Shown one piece after another: positions 13,556 through 26,719 of a stretch of 64,000 nt of DNA. This DNA is from Euprymna scolopes. Its lineage: Eukaryota. The stretch is taken from assembly GCA_053919585.1 (NCBI GenBank), contig CM132787.1; one strand, 5' to 3'. The notes under the pieces were generated by a model that saw only the letters and a list, made by a program, of their open reading frames with translations, made no database searches and was not told where the DNA came from. Position 1 is the stretch's first letter, and the number at the start of each line of letters is the position of its first letter. Both the position numbers and the translations under genes were made by a program.

Positions 13556-15353
13556 TTAGTACCTTAAGACCAAACAGGTAAATAGATGAGAGGAAGGAAA
13601 ACCAGGTGGCGTCATCTGGACTGCAGGCGGCACTGGACCGGAGTTTATCTTGCTATCAGCGTAATCAACCTCGAGACACTTCTCGCCATGTTTTTTCATT
13701 ACATCCATCCTTTTTGCACACCATACTACCGCAACCAGTAACACACATACCATTATTAGCGTGTTTATTCCCGCTTCTGTAATCACTACTTCATCGAATC
13801 TATACCAAGATTCCTATCCTCTAGACCGACTAATCGGGTCTGTAGTTCTCTAAAATCTATTCGCCTTACTTCTCCCACATCATTTGGTAACTTGAGTCGG
13901 GTAAGCGGCGGCAACCGACGGACTAGGGGATCCCAGAGGTTAATAAGGTTAATCAAATGGACTGTCGCCCACTCTACATCACGCGTTCAATAAATACCGT
14001 TCGTCGACTTGATAATACGCAGGTAACCCCATACCCTTTCCGCGGGCTTCACACCCTTAGTCCAATTCTATTATAATTAAACGCGGATTCACGTTAATTA
14101 CCCCGTAGAGCATATCCTGGACAATTCCAAACTCTGTTGCGCGGACACTAACCAAATGCCTTCGGCTACTCTTACAGCCCTCACTGCCCACTTCATCCTT
14201 GCAGACGCGATTCACCATTCTCTTATTCCCCTGGAATAATCCCAATACACACAGCTCATGATCTCCAGTCACATATATCGGACTCTGTGACCGACAAATT
14301 CCATGGCAAATTGATTAGACACTCTTGTGTTTTTCGCCTGTTCAATAGAATAAATTTATCCCTCGCCATATTAAACGCTATGTATTCAGTTTCCAACCGG
14401 TAGCTGGCTACTAGCCCCAGCCTGGATGTGTCCAGTGACTATGGAACGGATGGAGTGATGACCTGATAAACCTCATATCGACCTCCTCGGTCCCAGAGGG
14501 GCACAAACACCATAACCAATATCTTTCCAACTTCTAACTGTGCACTACACCTCACGGTGTTATTATACTCTCACAGCCCTACTTCTGGGCTCACGGAGAT
14601 TTGTAGACGCGACGGGAACTTTTGTCTGATATCCTTTCGTAGCTGATCCGGGCTTATTACACTGCCCCAATGTTAGGACATCCAATTGTGCCCTTATATA
14701 AGTGGTCCAATCGACCAGCGACTGCTCGGTAGTAAACATATCTGTAGGAAAGCTCCGTCCCTTGGAAACTCAGTTTCGATTCGACCAGACACATTCCATA
14801 ATTCCACGTGTAAAACTTCCAGTTGCCTAACGATATCATTAAAACGTTCTCTGTTTTCTTGCATTTCTACTCTAGTAATATTTAATATCAAAAACCGCTC
14901 CTAGATAACTTGTTCTAAGGTCTTCTGTCCCCGCTCTAATTCCTCTATCCGTGGCTTTACTAAACCGAGGTGTTCGTCAGGACCACCCCGAATAATGCCT
15001 CCAATGCGTTGCCTATTATAGGAATAACCGCTCTCTTAGGCCTGTGTTCCAGGTTCCTAAATCTCTGATAGTGGTCCCTTAAGATGCACGACTCGTCCTC
15101 CAAGGGATACAGTGTATGTATATATTGCTCTACGTGCTCACATGTGCGAACTAATGTATTTCTCAACACGTCTAATTGATCAATTCTCTTCTGATGTGTG
15201 CTAATGTGTTCTCTATACGGCCGCAAATCATTCACTAATATCACTATCCGATTTGACTGCGGTAATTTTCGTGAAAATGGCACCCCTTCTCACTATCAGC
15301 GCAGTGGACGTCATATCAGTCCCCAAAAGAAACATCATCATAGTCTCCTTCAT
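13556..15353 (-). pseudogene. env: Decayed env gene, copy 1 (baculovirus F / errantivirus-type class I fusion protein)
   Basis: Signal-like N-terminus; furin site plus fusion peptide RPKR/AVIPIIGNALEALFGVV (~15024-15043); heptad ILNITRVEMQENRERFNDIVRQLEVLHVELWNVS; Cys-rich region (ELCVLGLFQGNKRMVNRVC); C-terminal TM (INTLIMVCVLLVAVVWCAKR). Frameshifts and stops present. Confidence 0.85.
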
Positions 15354-16393
15354 CCTTGTAACGGCAGGAAGAAATTACTTCGTCCACGACTCAGCTGTCC
15401 AAATGATACACTATATAACGAGGTGTGGTGTTGGCTGTGCTTAAAAAACTGTCTGTGGTCGCCCCATGATACAATACAGGAAAATACGACTACGGTCGCT
15501 CGATGGTGACCTACAAACAAATGAATGAAGAGAGAAAAAATGTAAATTCCCATGTAACCGTCTCCCTTGGCTATGTTGTGTGTGGATACCCTGCCTAGGT
15601 GGCGACTATGGCCGACCAATGACGTCATACAAAAAATGAAAACAATTTCCCAAGGGCTCATCCCTTGGCTATGCCGTATGTGGATCATTCAAAGTTTAAA
15701 GCATAATTTTTCCTTAATAATTATAAAAATTCCCACAATTTGTGGTGGCTCTTATCAACGACAACTGATCAACCCGCAGGGAAGCTAACCGCGTCATCAG
15801 TTGTTGTTCAAAGATCTCTGACAAAAAAAAAACTGTATGCCTGTAGCAACATAATCTTCCACTCTACAAGTGATTTTGCTTTTTAAAGTGGCAAAAATTA
15901 AAAAAATATTCCTCCTTAGTAACGACCGTGGTCGACCAATGCCGTCACACAAAAATGAAAACAATTTCTCCTGGCCGAAAAAAAATATCTTTCGTCTTAG
16001 AACAGCTGTACTGACAAGATATAATAGCAGGCCATACAGGATAGGCACCATCGACAGGAGCAAGTCGCCAACAATGACTGTCCCCGGTAACCAGACTCCA
16101 ACCTCTACGATTTAATCACCGGCTGACCCAACGGTCTCTCGCATTAAGGGTTTAATCATCATCATCTTCCCTTACTCTTACGTCTAGCCACACCCCTGAA
16201 TGACCGCAGGGCTGTCGATGGCCAGAGGCGTCAGTTTTGCGATAAGACAATTTCCGGTTGGATCCATAACCGAAAACCATCCAACGAACATTACAGCGGA
16301 ATACAACCCTCCCTAACCCCACAATAGTTCCAACACATACTTTGCCTTCATCTGGAATGTCATCGATTAAGTCGTCATTTTAACCCACACTTC

Positions 16394-19300
16394 TCATTGG
16401 TAGTCACAAATCTCAGTATCGTTATCCGAAGGCCTATCAAAGCAGGTCATTGGTGGGCCTGGCACTACTATATGTCGCAGGTCTCTCACATGACCTGGCA
16501 TTCCATCGATCGATATATCTTGCATACCGGTATTCCCATCACGCGTCCTACTCCATACTTTGTAGTGCATCGTCCGTGTGGAACTTTTACCCACACTCGG
16601 TCATCCGTTTTGTAGACAGTTTACCGTTGACTGTCTATCGGTGCTGTTATTCCGTTGATTCCTTACAGTCGTATGCAATATCAATGGAGCATATTGGCAG
16701 GTGCTGCAGCAGAGGACAAGTCATCATTTGGCTTAATGTTGTACCAATATACTGTCTCTGGTATGGTAGACTGTTTCCTGATTGAAATCATTTTGACATT
16801 TCTATTACATCGCTCGATGATGCCGTTACCGGAGGGAACATATGCGCAACGAAATCTAAGTCCGATCCTCCATTTGTTCATGAAGGTTGCTCCGAAAGGC
16901 AGTATTACTGTCCTTTAGAATCTCTGCCGGCTGACCTCGTTCATAGAAACTAATTTATAGTTGATTTATTATAGATTTTCCATCTTGCCGAGCGATGCGT
17001 CGCCAGACAGTAAACCGAGCGCAGCCGTATCAATTAGTGTCAAAAATGGGCCCCATCGTAATGAGTAATATCCATCGCTATCATATGCCATGTTTGTTCA
17101 ATATTTAAAGTCCCCTTTGACCAGTGGATGGGCGACGGATCGATCGACTGACATTCTATGAATCCTTTGATGACTGTTCTCAAGGCGGCCTTGGAAACCC
17201 CAGGGTTAATTCGCTTCACAAAGTAGAGTTCGCTTCATACTAGGATGACCAAGCTCACAGATGAAGTGCAGACAGGTTGAACATGTTCGGTGTTCCTCTT
17301 AATCGCATCATGACACCGATGAGGCAGTCTCGTCAATTGATCCGCCTTGTTTTGGCTAGATTTGACCAAGATTACCCCCAATCGATAGCGCATATTCCTT
17401 CACCAGTTTCATTATTGTATCAAGGCACCGTCGGATAAGCATCTCACTCATAGCTTAAGTCCGTAGCCTGGCTCTGTCGATAAGGGTACTCACGGGAGAC
17501 CCATTTATGATCACATGTAGAATCGGTGAATAAGTGCAAGATGGTCATATTCCAGAGGATTTCCATGTTCATTCCTTTAACAATGGCATCGAGTTCTGCT
17601 AGGTTTATATGTTGGGAGTACTTTTCCGGACGTAACCAGTCCCATTATATATCAACGACACACCAGTAGCGAGAGACCTTGCATTGGCCCAGACGTCAAG
17701 AGCTTTGTCTTTGATGCACAATTTGCCTTGCGCCGGCTCTTGTGAGAACCTCCTTAACAATGGTGTTGAGAGGGGCATCATTTACTCTGTCGTCCCATCC
17801 TGTAGTGACGTCAGATGTTCTCCTTTTGAAAAATGCCACAGCAACACGAATCCAACCCCTCACAGGAAATTGTCCAACCAGCACTTGCCACAAAGTGAAA
17901 ATATATTTCGTCGCGTGATGATCTGAGGTATTCTGGGATCTTGTTCCTTCTTCGCCAACGCAGAGCATTATACTCTCCCCAAGCATGCAAACCAAGAAAT
18001 CGTGCACCATTTTGCAGTTTCTCTGGTTCTTTGCTGAGAAGTCCGAAGTTGCTGAGATGCTCCGTTAAATGTGCTGCAGTCACAACACATTCGTCTTCAT
18101 ATTCATCATCAATATAAGCAGATATTGCTTGCTGTATACGCTTGTTCTTCGCCAGGATATCATCAACAATGGTTTGCATGATATATGGTGCCACATTGAA
18201 TCCGAACCCCATACATGTCGGGCAATACATCTGCCTTTTGATAATTACTGTTTGCTATGGTCACAGTGATTTGTATACACTTATTTAAAGGTATGCCTTG
18301 CGAGGGTACAACGCCGATTCATTTGATCCCGCCTGTTGCCATTCTCTCAATTTTTCGGTGAATGACTTCACGGGTCGTAAATGGGTCTAGATGTTTATTC
18401 AATTCCCGATAGTCGATCACCGGCCTCACATTTTATTGATGTTGCTGAATGACCGCCATTACTGGGACACATCCCTTTGGTGGCCCCAATTCCTTCTCTG
18501 GCTCCGGAACCAACCATCCATTATAAATCCAGGTCTGTAGCTCAGCATCATAGTCTCCGCGGGCTTTCGCAGGGATGTTATACTCTGGCACTCGATTGTA
18601 TAATTTTTGTGGTGGCTGGTCACCGGACCACTTCCACGGTACGGTCTATGTTTCGGTGCGTTGGTTGAATTCTGCACAAAAGTCGAGTTGTTTCGGCTGA
18701 ATGATCGCACCCAAAAGCAAAAGATGTCTCAACAAATTGTGCCTTGCCTCCCTTATCAATATGCGCGCTGCCAATTTCCTGATGACGTCTATCCCTTGAA
18801 GAAGGTCAAACCCTAAAGGTTTGCTGTCCACCACCAGTACGTAAGCCTTCAGAAGATTCCTGATGCTAATATTAATGTTATACTGCCAACACCATGGTTT
18901 AACACACTTCCGTCCTGCCATCAAAATTGTGGTATTCTTCCGTATTTTGGGTTGACATAACGACCTACTCACAACCGATGATGAGCAGCAAGAATCCACT
19001 AGCGCTATCCGAACTAGCCCGTCGATCTTTATCTTTATCACGGAGAGCAACTCCTCAGGCTTATGGGGGCAGAGAGTGGTGCTGGCCTCTCGACTCTTGC
19101 CTGGTTTCCCGGAAACCTTGATGCCAAATATCCTTGCTTTTTGCATCGACAACAGTATATCTCTGGAAGCACCCAGCAAAGCAAAGTGATTGACATGTAA
19201 CTGCATACTGCTGGTTATAGGATGAAAGGTGCTCAACACGCACGTAAGTAAGAATGTTGTGTGTCCTGATTGCTGCAGCGACGGGTTCCTCCACATCTGC

Positions 19301-19720
19301 TTCCTCCGTCATAAGAACCCAGGCACTCGCAAGGATCTGCTCCAGAGTCATCCGTTCCATTCTGGAAAATCCCCGCAAATACTGCAGTTCACCCAGGTGT
19401 TCATCTACAGTTTCCCCAAGGCGCAAATGACGGAAGACAAACTTGTCATATGCCACAATATGCCGGCGTAAAATTCACGGGGAGAGTTGGTTTTACTTGC
19501 TTCAAATCCGCCCTTTGGTCATGGGTTAATTTCTGGTATATTGACAGTGCGCCACTGAGTTGAAAAGCACGCTCAACATTGTCAACCTCACCTATTTCAC
19601 ACACCAGTTCCACCTGTTCCAACATTTCGAAAACTGTGTAATCACGTGAGATTCCATGGAGCTCAAGGATAAGACGGATATCAAATGCTTTGCTTGCCGA
19701 AATAGCTTGAAATCTGCAGC
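16394..19720 (-). mobile_element. Decayed LTR-retrotransposon gag-pro-RT-RNase H-integrase
   Basis: Gag start AFDIRLI; protease ALVDSCCS and KPLGFDLLQG; RT MGFGFNVAPYIM and SAYIDD; RNase H HINLAELDAI and LHLFTDS; integrase MDITHY, RCAYVPSGNGIIERCNRNVK and GMPGHVRDLR. No LTRs recognised. Confidence 0.9.
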
Positions 19721-19980
19721 CTCACTTTCTTTCTCACTTTAAGCCGGAACTTTCTTTAGAAAGGGACTTTTCTCATCGTTTTCTCTGCTTGAGCAAAAGC
19801 GCAGTAATCTATGCACCCGAGTTCCGAGTTTTATTCCTCTAAAATCTCAGGAGTTCTCGCGGTTAATCATACCCTCTTTCCCATAAACCAACCACGTATA
19901 TCGTTTCTTTTTCTTTTGGAGGTGTATTAGAAGAATTAATACTTACAGAGTTTTGAGGAGACTTTCCGCACGTACACCGA

Positions 19981-20033
<53 letters not shown>

Positions 20034-20059
20034 GAAAGAAAGAGAGAGCTATAGATTCT

Positions 20060-21720
20060 TGCTTCATCTCGTTAAACATCTTCGATTCTACATTGACTTT
20101 CTAATGTTAAAACTTGTTCCAGATGACATGAATAGTAAAATGCCACCTATGTTTCTAAATATAAGAATTGAAAAATAAATACAAAATGTATATCGCCAGG
20201 AATATCTCCTTGTTTTAAAATATTGTTTACAAATATTTCATCTGAGATCTAACCATTGAATGTAACTCGAGCTTTCGTATCTCGGTAAAATTCCCTAAAC
20301 ATGTGCACAAATTTAGACTGAAAATTAAACTTACCAAATCCCTTTTATAAATGACCTGCTACAAGAATATTTGTTATCCAATTCATATTTCTTGTATATG
20401 GTGAGTGGAAAATATTATAGCCATTGAGGCTTTATGATCTTCAGCTACGTTGATTTTCCGATATTACCAATGAGCATATATCCCTCTGCTCTTATTTAAG
20501 TAGGACCCGTGCAAGAACTTTAGCAAGAGTAATTCTCCAATGATTGTGGAATGGTTTCAATATAATGCTGCACAATATGTCTGTTTATATTAGATCCAGC
20601 AGAATGTGTACTGCAGATTTTCCAGTTCTGATGTGGGTCAAAGCATTATCCACTTTCTATATTGATGGAACGTTAATTATGTAGTGCTTTATCCCAGTAT
20701 GCGTAAACCTCCAATCACTTCATCTATAGCATATGCTTTATAGAAGAGTTCGAAGAAATAATCCTACAAGCATTTCAAAATTTTGTATAAATCCTGTATT
20801 AATGACATATCATATTTGGAGTTCTATCCAAACACCAGATGAAGAATTACAACCTTGATTTTGAGTCTGTTGTATCAGATGCAGACTCTATTTTCAATGA
20901 TATGTAAAGTCACGGTTCTTGTTGCAGAGTATCCTTACTTCCTTGTAGTGATTAATAACAAATGTATGATCATGTGTGCAGAGGTAAGGAAGCTTCTCAT
21001 AAAGACAGTGTTTCTTCCTGAAGTAATGTATTGATCTCCTAATAATTTTCACAAAACCAATCCTTATTCCATCTTTTGTAAGCCTAACACATATGAACCT
21101 GATGAATATATTCTTTCTTTCTGGTTCAATTTATCGAAAACGACACTCTCTAATCTTTCCTTCACACAAAGCAGTAACTCAGTATTCTATATCTTGCCAA
21201 CATAAATGTGCACGAATTCAAAGTCATGTCATGCGTGGCGTCTTGCATATGCGCAAATTGAACTTTCCTTGAACCAAGTAAAGATCCAAATCATATTCAG
21301 CGCTACGCATAAGTTGAACATTAGAAATATTTGCACGATCGCGTTTGCAATTGATAATGAAATAAATTAGATTAATATGCCTGTGTTCTGAGATATGTCA
21401 AAGTTGTTCCATACTTAAGTTTTTGATGGAAGAAAGTATTGTCAAGTACACGTAGTTGCTGAGAACAGAAATCCACTAAGCGAAACCACAACTATATATT
21501 TTGCCAACTTAGTGTCGATGAAAGCATTGCATAACTACCTGACCTTATTAGCACGAGCTTTGAATTCTGTAAACATAATATGCTTTTTTTATTGTAAGGT
21601 ACTAATGATGTTGCCTTATGTAGTATCTTTAAGAAAGTTGGGATGTTTTAGTCTCTCACTAGCTAGGTTGCAGCAGAGACATGAAAAATCGAGAAAAACC
21701 GACTGCATAAAAGTCTAATG
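20060..21720 (-). mobile_element. Decayed RTE-clade LINE (endonuclease + RT)
   Basis: VQLMRSAEYDLDLYLV (endonuclease end) and KFVHMFREFYRDTKARVTFNG*ISDEIFVNNILKQGDIP (RT). Confidence 0.75.
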
Positions 21721-22280
21721 TAAAGTTTTATGAGTTCACCAGTCACAGCAGAATGTCTCTCAATCTTGTCCACCCGGGATAATTTTATCGCGAAAACTAT
21801 CCCACCACAACGACGCTGATCGTTTGGCAGAAAGTAGAATAAACTAATCCTTACTCAGTCGAATGGTCTTCCTCAGGGAGGCGAATCTCTGCCACAGTAG
21901 TTATATTAATATTTATTTACTAGGGTTATTTCTTGTCAATATCCAAGAGGTTTCTTAAATTTTAATAAGCGATATTTTATTTGTTACGGATTTATCATGC
22001 GTTTTAACATTCTTTCCGATATTTTTGTTACGTACAAGCCAAAAGCCGTCAGTTGTAGTTGCTGACAAGCTTGAACAGACAATTGAATATTATTTTCCTA
22101 TCCGATTCATACAAAAGATAGGGGAACAGTACTCTCCCTCAACAAGGCTACTAAGACGCAGAAACCACTACCGAAATCTGTCTATATCAATGAAGGAAAT
22201 ATGACGATGTAAGGATAATACTCCTGCTTTACACCTGTGGATTTGTAGCTTTGAGAGGCGTGCCATATATAATGCGCCTG

Positions 22281-22612
22281 TGTAACCCCTCCTCGTGAAG
22301 AAACTGGTTAGGACCTCTGTTTATCTTGAAATCTCGGCACATGTCGTCTAGTCTTCTCGTAGGGTTGTTACATTGAATCCAGTATGCTGAAAGCCAATAT
22401 CGAAGCCGTATGCAGGAAGAGAAACAAATTCGTGTACTCTAGTCTACAGAGTTAATTTTCACAAGCTTATGTACAAATGTCTTTGCAAATATCAATCAGT
22501 TCTTAGTAAGTTTTTTGAAAGTCTCAAATCTCTTCACAAACAGCGACAGACGGGTAGATGAGGAAGTAAAAGGGTCGCGTCCCTATACGGTCTGTTCTTC
22601 TCTTCTTGACCG
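22281..22612 (-). repeat. 3' LTR (alignable part)
   Basis: Begins tgtaacc on + (ends ...CA on -); roughly 80% similar by eye to 29880-30200 (shared gtgtactctagtctacagagttaattttca and tcaaatctcttcacaaacagcgacagacgggt). Confidence 0.85.
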
Positions 22613-23456
22613 TTTGTCTTTTTTTATAGTTCGTCGTCAGATTTGTTTCAAAGACCCCTTTCTCTATCCTTAAATTACCCGTCAAATAGTGTAACATATA
22701 CACAATCCCATATCCACCCATTAATTAGGGTTTCCCCTCCTTTTCATTCAAAAGCCTATAAGAAAGTCAATTCAAAAAGTTCGTAAAATTATCAAAAACG
22801 TAAAAGTTCCAAGTTCTCAGCGCTAATAGAGTTTCTTTTTTTCCACATGCAGGTTTTTTTCTTTGTTTGAATTATTTTTGTGAATGAAAAAAGGAATATA
22901 CAAAGATAAGATAATCATCATTTAAAAATTGTCACTCAATAAATTGCATCACATTCATCAATAAGCTTGTAGAAGTTACTTCCCTTGGTTAAATTTTTTG
23001 TCCCTTTTGTTCAAGGTTTTATAAGAGTTGTTCCCCTTTTTCCAATTTCTTTTTATCAATTCAATCATAGTTCAATTATTTTGTGTTTCACATAGCCACA
23101 GTCACAATTTACAAGAGTTTTTCTCACTTCGCTGCTACTAACAGCACAGTCTCGTAATAAAGGGTATACAGCCCTAATAAGTATTCTCAAAGGATCCCTG
23201 CTTTGTATTGGGCAAGGGCAATCTTTCTCACTAAGCAGTTGTAGTTGAACCATCACCTTTTATTTCATCGTTCAAGTCTTCTTTATAAGCATCTTGTAAG
23301 AATTTCTTTCATTGAGGATTTCTTCTCAGCTCAATAGACGGCCATTCAAGGTATCCTTAGCACTTTCTTCCGACGGTTCTTAGCTCAGTGCCCTGCAAGA
23401 ATTGTGTGTAAAACAGAGAAAAGAAAAGAAAAGAAAGGAAGATCTTCAAGTGGTCT

Positions 23457-25361
23457 TCAGTTCATTTTGATTTCAGTATCATGGAAGTCTCTGGGTTGCA
23501 CTTCGTTTTCGTCAGCACGAGCAGCCGCATTTTCCAGAATCACAGGCAGTTCCGAACCAGGTTCTCCCCCGTCATCTGTGCAGTTAGCCTCAAGATGTTC
23601 ATCACCTTGCTCCATTCCCATATTCGCTCTCTTCACAAACCATTCAACCAACAACAACATCACAATTATCGTTACTAGCGTGCTCACTCCCGCTCCTGTA
23701 ACCATTAATTTATGAAGCCTATCCCTAGTTTCTGTAATCTCCAGACTGTTTAATCGGGCCTGTAATTCACTCATATCTATTCGTCTAACTCCTCCCATAG
23801 ATTTTGTCGGGTATGTAGCAGTGAACTATGGATCAGGAGGTCCCAGGGGGTCAGTGAGATTTGTCAATTGGTCATTCGACCACCCAGGTGCTTTTAACAA
23901 ATACCGTTCCTCAACCTAATAATACGCAGGTAATCCTATGCGCATTTCCCGCGGTTCACAAGCCCAGTCCAGTTCTACCATAGTTAAAGGTGGTCCAACC
24001 TTGATTATCCTAGTAGTCGTATTACCGCATACCTTACAAAATTCAATCTTCTGTTGCGTTGATATCAACCAGGTGCCTTCAGCTACTCTTATAGCCAATG
24101 GCAAAAGACCACTTCAACTTTGCAGACGCTATGTATCACTCTCTTACCTCCCATAAAATAATCTCAACACACACAACTCATGTTCTCCAGTGACATAGAA
24201 CGGAGTGTGTGGCCGGCAAACTCCAAGACCATTATTTCGACATATTCCTGCCTCTCGCTGATTCAACAGCATAAGTCTATATCTTGCCATATTAAACACT
24301 ACATATTCGGACTCCACTCTGTACCTGGCTACAAACCCTTACTTGGGTGTCTCCACTGGATATGGAACGAGTGGAGTAATAACTTGATAAACCTTGTATT
24401 TAGTTCCTCGATCCCAGAGGGGTATAGATATAAACACTAATATTCTTTCAGCTTCAAACCGCGCACTACACACCAGGGTGTTATAATATTTCCCCAATCC
24501 TTTCTCGGGGTTAACTGGAAGTTGTAGGCGCGATGATAATTTTTTGCCTTATATCTTCTAACACATTTCGCAGCTGATCCGGACTTATTACAGTAGGGGG
24601 CAAATGTCCTAACGCTAGGGCGTTTAAATTGGCCCCTATAGGACTGACCCACTCAACCAATGGCTGCTCGGTGCGTTGTAACCGTCGTAGCGTATGCATT
24701 AACTTTAAATATATCTATAAAGAGGGTTCCCCTCTCGAAAACTCAATCTCAATTCGACTAGACACATTCGACAATTCTTCATGCAAAATGTCCAATTGAC
24801 TGATTATATCATAAAGACTGTCCCTATTTTCCTGCACTTCTACTCTCGTGATATTTAGTATTGATAACCCCTCCTTGGTAACTTTTGTAAACGTTTCCTG
24901 TCCTCGCTCTAACTGCTCTATTCGGGTCCTTATTAACTCGAGATGTTCTTCTGTAACCACTCCACATAATGCCTCTAAGGCTTTGCTTACTATTGGTATA
25001 ACCGCATCTTAGGACTGAGTTCCAAGTTCCTAAATCATTTATAATGGTTCCTTTGATCGGTCCACCGGCGCCTCAAAATGTGCGTCTCGTCCTCTAAGGG
25101 ACCCAATATCTGCATATATTGCCCCACCTGTTCATAGGTACTGACTAATTGCATCCTTAATATATTCAACTGCTCAATCCCTCTTTTATGGGTGCTAATT
25201 AATCCCTTATAAGGAAGCAAATCATTCACCAGTGTTACCAGCCGTTTTGACTGGCTGATTATTACTTCGCTAGTTTTTCTGAAAGTGGCACCCCTTCTCA
25301 CAAGCAGCGCAGGTGATGTCCACAGCAGTCCTAACAGTAGCAATAACATGTTCGTCCTCAT
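23457..25361 (-). pseudogene. env: Decayed env gene, copy 2 (F-type fusion protein)
   Basis: MRTNMLLLLLGLLWTS signal peptide; AVIPIVSKALEALCGVV fusion peptide; heptad LSILNITRVEVQENRDSL; LALGHLPPTVISPDQLRNVL F-family motif; TM VSTLVTIIVMLLLVEWFVKR. Homologous to 13556-15353. Confidence 0.9.
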
Positions 25362-26637
25362 CCTTACAACAGCAGGAGGAAATTGATCGATCAGCAACGA
25401 AATCGTCCAACTGATACATCAAGAACAACGTATGGTGGCGGTTGCAGTTGACAACTGCGGTGGCTGCCCAACAATAAGGCATTGAAAGAAACACGACCAC
25501 ACCCAATCGAAGACGCATCATCAAAAAATGGAACGACGAGATAACAACACTGGAAGCACATATAAATCACCAGAGGCCATCTTCCCAGAGTAACACCGTG
25601 TGTGAATACTCTGTCTAATAAAGAAGGCGATAATGGTCAGCCAATAACATTAACAAGAATAAGAATAATTTCCACAGGTTCATTCCTCGGTTGTGCCGTA
25701 TATAAGATGTTAACCACGCCCCCAGCGCCTCACCCTAAAACGTGCCCGAGCGGGGCCTGCCCAGACACACTGAGTCAACCACAATTCACTACCTATCCTA
25801 ACAGTCCAGTTGAAATGTTCCGGAATCCATTCCAACGAATTACAAAAATTTAATTACTAAAATGCGTAAGGGATGTCTTTTTTTTTTCTCAATAATATCT
25901 CCAGGTGCGTACCTCACGCACCTGATTTACTCGCAATGGAAAAATCCATCTAAATAATATTAATCACTTTTCGCGCACAAATTGGGTGCGCTTAATTTAG
26001 TTATAACTTCACTCATTGATATTAATAATTAATTCCTCGTAATCCCTGCTAAAAGTGCGGCCTCTTAACTCATATCTCGCAAATAAGAAATCCTTCTTGG
26101 CTGAGGCAAAATTTTAATTCCTGCAAGGGTCAATTTAATATCGGAAACTAACGACTTTAATTATCCTCGACTGAACTCTCAATAATACTGTTCAGTTTAA
26201 TACGAAATCCTTCCAGACTGAGGTAAGAAAAACAATTTTTTTTGCAAAATTAATTCAACTCTCAAAAATTTAATATTTCCAAATATTCTCGTTTGGATAC
26301 ATGAAACACAATTCTCAGAAGTTTTAAATTCTTTTCGACTGATTGATTACTATTCCCGTTTTCCGTTTAAAAATAATGCATTAGTTATGTTTCTTAGCGC
26401 TTAATATTAAATCCGATCATGCGGTATGTACACCCAGGGGAGAGAGAGAAGAAAACACATTTTACTTTCTCTTCTTCTTCCTTTGTTAAAATTATACAAT
26501 ATTTTAAAATCACAAAAACCTTTGTTTTTACTGCGTTTTTTCTCTGCAAAATTAAATTATGCTATTCGCCGTCGATAGAAAACAACCTGTAAAATTTTTC
26601 GAGGGGAGCTCAACTAAACTATAAATATCTCTGGATA

Positions 26638-26698
<61 letters not shown>

Positions 26699-26719
26699 TC
26701 TCTACTCTCTTTTTTTCTT

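Noticed and set aside
21765-21905. HDV-like ribozyme at the 5' end of the RTE element
   Set aside because: A P4-like hairpin (gggatagtttt/aaaattatccc) and weak P3 are present, but P2 and J4/2 cannot be built; too decayed to call.
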